Virus record (IMG/VR): IMGVR_UViG_3300042564_002870
Reading direction: 5' to 3' (one strand)
DNA: 20,000 nt
From: an uncultured virus (IMG/VR IMGVR_UViG_3300042564_002870)
Taxonomy: Duplodnaviria > Heunggongvirae > Uroviricota > Caudoviricetes
A model generated the notes under the pieces. It ran no database searches and was not told the origin of the DNA. It saw only the letters and a program-made list of their open reading frames with translations. Below, one piece after another: positions 14,710-20,000 of this stretch. Every line of letters starts with the position of its first letter. Positions within the stretch are counted from its first letter, which is position 1. The position numbers were made by a program, and so were the translations under genes.

Positions 14710-15477
14710 ATGATTATTATAGCAGGACCTTGTCAACACGAAAGTTTAAAACAATCATTAGAAATAGCAAAACATTGTTCTGATATATGCCGTAAGTACA
14801 ATATAGATTATTATTTCAAAGCAAGTTTTGATAAAGCAAATAGAACAAGTATAAATGGTAAAAGAGGACTAGGTATTTCTAGGACTATTGATGATTTTAA
14901 GAAAATAAAGCAAGATTTACAAGATATTAAAATAGTTACAGATATTCATGAACAAGATCATATTTCTTATATTAAAGATACTGTTGATGTAATACAAATA
15001 CCTGCATTTTTATGTCGACAAACGGATTTAATACTTGCTGCTTGTGAAACAGGTAAAATAGTAAATATCAAGAAAGGTCAATTTCTGGCACCTTGGGATA
15101 TCTCAGGAATACTTTCAAAAACAGCATCTGCAAAAGAAGTCTGGATAACTGAAAGAGGTACTAGTTTTGGTTATAATAATCTAGTAGTTGACTTTACTGG
15201 TATGCAATACATATTAGATAATTTTAATACTAAACTCGTATTTGATGCTACACATTCTGTTCAAAGACCTGGTGGCGCTGGAGATTCAAGTTCTGGTAAT
15301 CGTAATTATGTACCAGGTCTATGTAGAGCTGCTAGCGCTATAGGTGTTTCTAATTTCTTTTTAGAAGTACACCCCGACCCTGATAATGCACCTTCTGATG
15401 GTCCTAATATGTTACATCTAGATAACTTTGAAAGTATAGTTCAACAAATTTTACAATTTCACTACGAGAAATTATAA
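14710..15477 (+). CDS. kdsA: KDO8P synthase (3-deoxy-8-phosphooctulonate synthase)
   Basis: IIAGPC, FKASFDKANRTS, QIPAFLCRQTDL, NIKKGQF, DATHSVQ, SDG motifs. Confidence 0.96.
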   Translation: MIIIAGPCQHESLKQSLEIAKHCSDICRKYNIDYYFKASFDKANRTSINGKRGLGISRTIDDFKKIKQDLQDIKIVTDIHEQDHISYIKDTVDVIQIPAFLCRQTDLILAACETGKIVNIKKGQFLAPWDISGILSKTASAKEVWITERGTSFGYNNLVVDFTGMQYILDNFNTKLVFDATHSVQRPGGAGDSSSGNRNYVPGLCRAASAIGVSNFFLEVHPDPDNAPSDGPNMLHLDNFESIVQQILQFHYEKL

Positions 15478-15569
15478 ACTTCTTGGATAGATAAATACTC
15501 CAAAATTGTTGGAGGATTAAATGGCTGATAAACCTAGACATGATTCAGAAGAAGAAAAACAAAGAAGAT

Positions 15570-15764
15570 ATGACAGAGGTTGAATTAAAAGAAGCCAATA
15601 GATACTTCTGGATTGTGAAAGGTCATCTTATCCCGGACTCTTGGCGCGAAAAAGAAATCATGAGTGTATATAATGGTTACTTTGATCGTATCTGGGGTAA
15701 TCACGAAAATTGTGTACATGAATATGATTTTGAAGAAGCATATTTAAAAAGATGTAATAAATAA
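15570..15764 (+). CDS. hypothetical protein
   Basis: ORF; start uncertain (15540 or 15570); overlapped by a 20-aa ORF at 15521-15583 that has a GGAGG RBS. Confidence 0.7.
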   Translation: MTEVELKEANRYFWIVKGHLIPDSWREKEIMSVYNGYFDRIWGNHENCVHEYDFEEAYLKRCNK

Positions 15765-15774
15765 CTATGTAGTG

Positions 15775-16100
15775 ATGATATTCACTGAACACGTTCTGGA
15801 CTCGGGGGCGGTACCCGAATCGTCCACCACAGATACCGGTCAGTTTATGGAACCCTTGGATGTATGAAGCATTGCTATCATATGGCGAGATAAGTTTATG
15901 TAAACAAGACGATCGGTATCTTTGCTGGGCGATAAATAGGATCGACAGGCGCACTAGGCAGGATGGAGCTACCCGGCGAAAGCTCGGTTAACGCAATAAA
16001 ATAAGAAATGCAAATGAAAATTTCGCACCTAAGGCTTTTGCTCTAGCAGCATAAGTACTGTGGGTTGGCAACTTACCTAGAAACAGAAAAGTTGCATCAC
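15775..16100 (+). ncRNA. ssrA: two-piece circularly permuted tmRNA (alphaproteobacterial type)
   Basis: Acceptor piece ends ATCGTCC-A-CCA at 15829; coding piece starts GGGCGAT-AAATAGGATCGAC at 15927 (G3:U70); tag ANENFAPKAFALAA* at 16010-16054; outer ends approximate. Confidence 0.93.
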
Positions 16101-16127
16101 ACATCACACAACATAGAAAGGTCTATT

Positions 16128-16937
16128 ATGACATATGTAAATTTTCCAAAACTCCCAAACCAACAAGTAAATATTCTCCCGCATACAACACTTACTGTTT
16201 CAAAACCAACTGTATCACTTGCTGATGCGTTCAAGCCGAAACGCGCGGGTACAAAAACCTCTCATATTATCTTTGTTCTAGACGATTCTGGCTCAATGCA
16301 GTCCTGTCGTGCTGCAACGATCTCTGGCTATAACGAGTACCTACAAGCACAAAAGAAAGACGCAGTGGAGACGGGGATTCCAACCTTTGTTTCCCTTTAT
16401 AAATTTGACGGTTCGTCTGTCAACAGTGTTTTCAGTCGTGTTACTGTAGATGAAGTTCAAGATCTTAATGAAAAAACATATGATCCACAAGGTACCACAA
16501 ACCTTTATGATGCCATTGGTGGTGTCATGATGCAGATCAATAGTCAACTTTCTGCAAACAAGAAAGCAGATCGTGACTCTATCATTATCACTATCTTGAC
16601 TGATGGTGCAGAAAATGCTTCCAGAACTTTCAATAATACTACAGTCAAACAAATGGTGGAAAAAGCAGAAGGTAAAAACTGGGGCTTTATGTTCCTCGGT
16701 GCAAATATCAATGCATTTGCTGCAGGTTCTGCACTTGGTTTCAATTCCAATAATACTATGCAATATGATACCGCTTCAATGGGTAACACAATGCGTTCTG
16801 CATCTGCTATGACGTCTCGTATGAAATCAGCTTATGCGACTGGTGAATATAGTGGCCACGACGGCGTGGCAGCTCTTTATGTGGCAACTGCTTTTACTGA
16901 CCAAGAACGAACTGCTTCAGTATCAAAAGATGAATAA
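16128..16937 (+). CDS. von Willebrand factor A domain protein
   Basis: MIDAS motif FVLDDSGSM, GTTNLYDAIG, ILTDGAENAS, FMFLGAN. Confidence 0.92.
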   Translation: MTYVNFPKLPNQQVNILPHTTLTVSKPTVSLADAFKPKRAGTKTSHIIFVLDDSGSMQSCRAATISGYNEYLQAQKKDAVETGIPTFVSLYKFDGSSVNSVFSRVTVDEVQDLNEKTYDPQGTTNLYDAIGGVMMQINSQLSANKKADRDSIIITILTDGAENASRTFNNTTVKQMVEKAEGKNWGFMFLGANINAFAAGSALGFNSNNTMQYDTASMGNTMRSASAMTSRMKSAYATGEYSGHDGVAALYVATAFTDQERTASVSKDE

Positions 16938-17187
16938 TAAGAATCCCTTCGAAGTTCGACTTGATGTTTTGAAAATGGCACAAGAAATGCTAGACAGAGA
17001 AATGTTTTTGAAAGAGCAAAAATTCAATCAACAAGTTGAGACATTGCGAACTACAGACATTGGCGGAGTAAATAATTTTGTTGAACAAAACTCTCCTACA
17101 ATGTATACACCAGAAGAAGTCATAACTCGTGCTTCTGCACTTTATAACTTTGTGTCATCGTCAACAAGAAAAGGTGAAGGCTCGTAA
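16930..17187 (+). CDS. hypothetical phage protein
   Basis: MNNKNPFEVRLDVLKMAQEM..YTPEEVITRASALYNFVS; start overlaps the vWA stop. Confidence 0.85.
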   Translation: MNNKNPFEVRLDVLKMAQEMLDREMFLKEQKFNQQVETLRTTDIGGVNNFVEQNSPTMYTPEEVITRASALYNFVSSSTRKGEGS

Positions 17188-17199
17188 GGGCCTTCATTA

Positions 17200-17239
17200 A
17201 TTTTACAAAACTATAATATAGAATTTATACGGCTGTTAC
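17200..17239 (+). promoter_or_regulatory. candidate tandem Pho boxes
   Basis: Half-sites ATTTTAC, CTATAAT, AATTTAT, CTGTTAC at exact 11-bp period upstream of pstS. Confidence 0.5.
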
Positions 17240-17304
17240 AATTGTAGTATAAATTAGTCCTACAGGGGAAGCAAAATGCAGGCCTCTTAATATGGAGATA
17301 TTGA

Positions 17305-18267
17305 ATGAAAACAGTAATACTAAGTGCAGCATTAATTATAGCAGCGTCTACTGCATTTGCAAGAGACAATATCCAAGTAACAGGTTCATCAACTGTTCTA
17401 CCTTATGCAACCATTGCTGCCGAAGCATTTGGAGAAAACTTTGAATTTCCATCACCGGTTGTCGAAGGGGGTGGTTCAGGTGCAGGTAGAAAGAAACTAT
17501 GTGAAGGGACCGGTGAAAATACGGTAGATATTGCAAATAGTTCTTCTAAGATGAAAGATGAAGAATGGGCTGCATGTGAAGCAAAAGTAGGTAAAATTAC
17601 TGAAGTTCGCATTGGGTATGATGGAATTGTATTTGCATCAAATATTGATAAACTAAATATTGATGATTTAACTCCACTGCAACTATACAATGCTTTACAT
17701 GCTTCTAGTACTGCGCAAAGGTGGAATGAAGTTGATCCAGCTTTACCGGATGCTAAAATTCTTGCATTTATTCCAGGAACAAAACATGGAACACGAGAAG
17801 TATTTGATGTTAAAGTTATGGAACAAGGGTGTAAAGCAGCTCTTGGAGTTGAAAAATTAGACGATGACCAAAAGAAATCCTGCACTAAAACTCGCACAGA
17901 TGGCGCTGCAGTTGATATTGACGGTGACTATACCGAAACTCTTGCTCGTCTAGATGCTAATCCAGCCGCGCTTGGTGTATTCGGCCTAAGTTTTTATCAA
18001 AACAATACAAGCAAGCTTGAGGTAGCAACTATTAATGGTATATTTCCAGACGTAGAAACAATCGCAAGTGGTGATTATCCTATCAGTCGCCCATTGTATT
18101 TCTATGTAAAGAATGCACACCTCCAAGTAATCCCAGGCCTCAAAGAATACATTGCATTTTTTGTCAGTGATGAAATGGCAGGACCAAATGGAGCGCTTGT
18201 TGCATACGGTTTAGTTCCTGATCCAGAACTTGCTGCAACACAAGCAGCAGTTGCTGATTTAAAATAA
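17305..18267 (+). CDS. pstS: phosphate ABC transporter substrate-binding protein
   Basis: Signal peptide, GSSTVLP, GGGSGAG, DIANSS, GTR, YPISRPLYFYVK. Confidence 0.93.
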   Translation: MKTVILSAALIIAASTAFARDNIQVTGSSTVLPYATIAAEAFGENFEFPSPVVEGGGSGAGRKKLCEGTGENTVDIANSSSKMKDEEWAACEAKVGKITEVRIGYDGIVFASNIDKLNIDDLTPLQLYNALHASSTAQRWNEVDPALPDAKILAFIPGTKHGTREVFDVKVMEQGCKAALGVEKLDDDQKKSCTKTRTDGAAVDIDGDYTETLARLDANPAALGVFGLSFYQNNTSKLEVATINGIFPDVETIASGDYPISRPLYFYVKNAHLQVIPGLKEYIAFFVSDEMAGPNGALVAYGLVPDPELAATQAAVADLK

Positions 18268-18287
18268 TTTCACTGTAAATTATAAAT

Positions 18288-18315
18288 AGAAGAGGGGATG
18301 AATGTCTCCTCTTCT
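18288..18315 (+). terminator. hairpin after pstS
   Basis: AGAAGAGGGGA/TCTCCTCTTCT followed by TATT. Confidence 0.55.
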
Positions 18316-18348
18316 TATTACATTTATACAACTGGGAAAAATTAAATA

Positions 18349-19242
18349 ATGGCAAATAAAACAAAAAAAGATAAAAAAGGTCTTAAAACTAAAGCATCTA
18401 GTGACTTCACAGCTGGTACGGATATTAATCCACGAGCAAGTGCAAGTGTAAACAAAGAGGTAACTACTGAAACTACGGTCGGCGGAGTTAATTTAGAAGC
18501 TCATGCAGGTGCCGAAGCACATGCGACAGCAGGAACAGAAATAACTAATACAAGTGCTGCTGCATCTGCCGAAGTAGGTGTAAGTGCAGAAGCAGGAGCA
18601 AGTGCAACTTATGGTGACACATCAGTAGAAGCACATGCAGGTGCCGAAGCACATGCGACAGCAGGAGCTCAAGCAGGATTTACAGATGGTAATGCATATG
18701 CACAAGTCGGTGTTGAAGCGGGTGTAAGCGCAGAAGCGAGTGCTAGCATTAGTCAACAAGTTGGTGATGTTACGGTAAAAAATGAAACAACTGTTAAAGC
18801 AGAGGCAGGAGCAAGTGCTGGAGCTGACGTACAAGTTGGTAAAGATGGTGTTGCGGGTCATGCTGGTGCTGTCGCAGGTGCAAGTGTTGGTGTAGAAAAT
18901 ACAACCAGTGCATATGACAGTAATGGTAATGGAGCCAGTGCGGGCGCTGGTGCTAGTATAGGGGTTCAAGTAGGTGCTGAAGTCGGCGGCGGTGCCACTA
19001 TGGATCATGGTGTTGCTACCGTTGGTGTAAGTGGTGAAGTTGCATTACTAGCGGGTGTTGAAGTTAATACTAGTGTCAGTGTTGATACTAAACCAGCACA
19101 AGTAGCAGTAGTAAATGTAGCAAATGATACTGCTAATGTAACTACTCAAGCTGCAACAACTGTAGTGAATACCGGAACTACTGTTGTAAATACTATTTCA
19201 GATGGTGCTAAAAACGTAGTAAAGAAACTGAAATTCTGGTAA
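18349..19242 (+). CDS. Ala/Gly/Val-rich repetitive protein
   Basis: 297-aa ORF; EAHAGAEAHATAG repeated at 44-aa spacing. Confidence 0.85.
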   Translation: MANKTKKDKKGLKTKASSDFTAGTDINPRASASVNKEVTTETTVGGVNLEAHAGAEAHATAGTEITNTSAAASAEVGVSAEAGASATYGDTSVEAHAGAEAHATAGAQAGFTDGNAYAQVGVEAGVSAEASASISQQVGDVTVKNETTVKAEAGASAGADVQVGKDGVAGHAGAVAGASVGVENTTSAYDSNGNGASAGAGASIGVQVGAEVGGGATMDHGVATVGVSGEVALLAGVEVNTSVSVDTKPAQVAVVNVANDTANVTTQAATTVVNTGTTVVNTISDGAKNVVKKLKFW

Positions 19243-19291
19243 AAAAATAAGAGGGATCAATTAAGTTCCCTCTTTATACAAGGAGACTAAC

Positions 19292-19501
19292 ATGAATAAT
19301 GTAAACTTCATGATTGACTTTATACAATCCACCAAAAAACAATTTGTAAATGCAACTGTGACTGATGAAAGAATAAAGCAAGGTCTTTACAATTTTGTTG
19401 ACAAACAATCAGAATTGTGTAAAATAATAACTAAGAATTTTGAAGATTTTACCAAAATTACACTCGATGGTTGCAAGGTTTCAAATATTTGCAAGCCATG
19501 A
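19292..19501 (+). CDS. hypothetical protein
   Basis: 69-aa ORF, AAGGAGA RBS. Confidence 0.8.
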   Translation: MNNVNFMIDFIQSTKKQFVNATVTDERIKQGLYNFVDKQSELCKIITKNFEDFTKITLDGCKVSNICKP

Positions 19502-20000
19502 ATAATTTAAAAGAATTGACACATGAACAGCACAAGAATGCTGAAAGGTCTCTTTTTGTAAAGAAATTACTCAAAAAAGAGATAACACCATATCAATATT
19601 ATATCTATCTTTGTAATCAGTTCCTCATGTATACTACTTTAGAGACACATGCAACTGATGCCGGTGTTCTAATAGGTATTGAAGATATCAAGCGTGGAAA
19701 TGCCATTGCAAAAGATCTAAAGGAACTCGAAAAGGAATATGGATTTGAGATTCCTATTCATTTGAAAAGTACTAGTGACTATATGCGCTATATTTACAAG
19801 ATACACGAAGAGCCAGAAAAACTTTTGGCACATATATATGTTCGACATATGGGTGATCTGTCTGGTGGGCAAATCATAAAGCGGTTTGTTCACGGTTCGG
19901 GTAATCATTATCAATTTGAAACTGATGTGGCTGAATTAAAAGAAAAAGTTCGGGCAAAGTTACATGATGGGCTTGCCGATGAAGCAAAAGTCTGCTTCAA
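19498..20000 (+). CDS. heme oxygenase (partial, runs off the window)
   Basis: Own translation: MNNLKELTHEQHKNAE..LLAHIYVRHMGDLSGGQII; not in the ORF track because it has no stop in the window. Confidence 0.92.
   Translation, partial: MNNLKELTHEQHKNAERSLFVKKLLKKEITPYQYYIYLCNQFLMYTTLETHATDAGVLIGIEDIKRGNAIAKDLKELEKEYGFEIPIHLKSTSDYMRYIYKIHEEPEKLLAHIYVRHMGDLSGGQIIKRFVHGSGNHYQFETDVAELKEKVRAKLHDGLADEAKVCF

Noticed and set aside
16128..16937. vWA protein as the Ro60 partner of the cassettes
   Set aside because: It is only about 270 aa with no TROVE helical domain before the vWA fold; no link can be supported from the sequence.
10268..19914. Minus-strand and alternate-frame ORFs inside the decarboxylase, phosphatase, vWA, pstS, repeat-protein and heme oxygenase genes
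   Set aside because: They are shadows of well-supported + strand genes, with no recognisable motifs.

Overview
This window comes from a large T4-like (myovirus-type) phage genome, almost all on the + strand. Several features point to an alphaproteobacterial host: a two-piece permuted tmRNA with tag ANENFAPKAFALAA, a tRNA-His without G-1 and with A73, and GANTC sites in the early promoters. The first ~10.8 kb is a dispersed array of about 20 tRNA genes, including an amber-anticodon tRNA and several atypical ones, mixed with small ORFs, structured spacers and an inverted GIY-YIG homing endonuclease. The rest holds auxiliary genes: Dps, ornithine decarboxylase, metallophosphoesterase, YkuK-like RNase H, an outer-membrane barrel, cupin, KdsA, a vWA protein, PstS and a heme oxygenase. 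The most unusual signal is a family of six ncRNA-like cassettes. Each has a covarying 7-bp terminal stem, a (T/A)CAGCAA motif and a 3' G, and most carry tRNA-derived cargo. One holds a circularly permuted tRNA-Phe whose 98-nt linker is homologous to the intervening segment of the permuted tmRNA 14.5 kb away. All calls were made by eye; no searches or folding programs were run.
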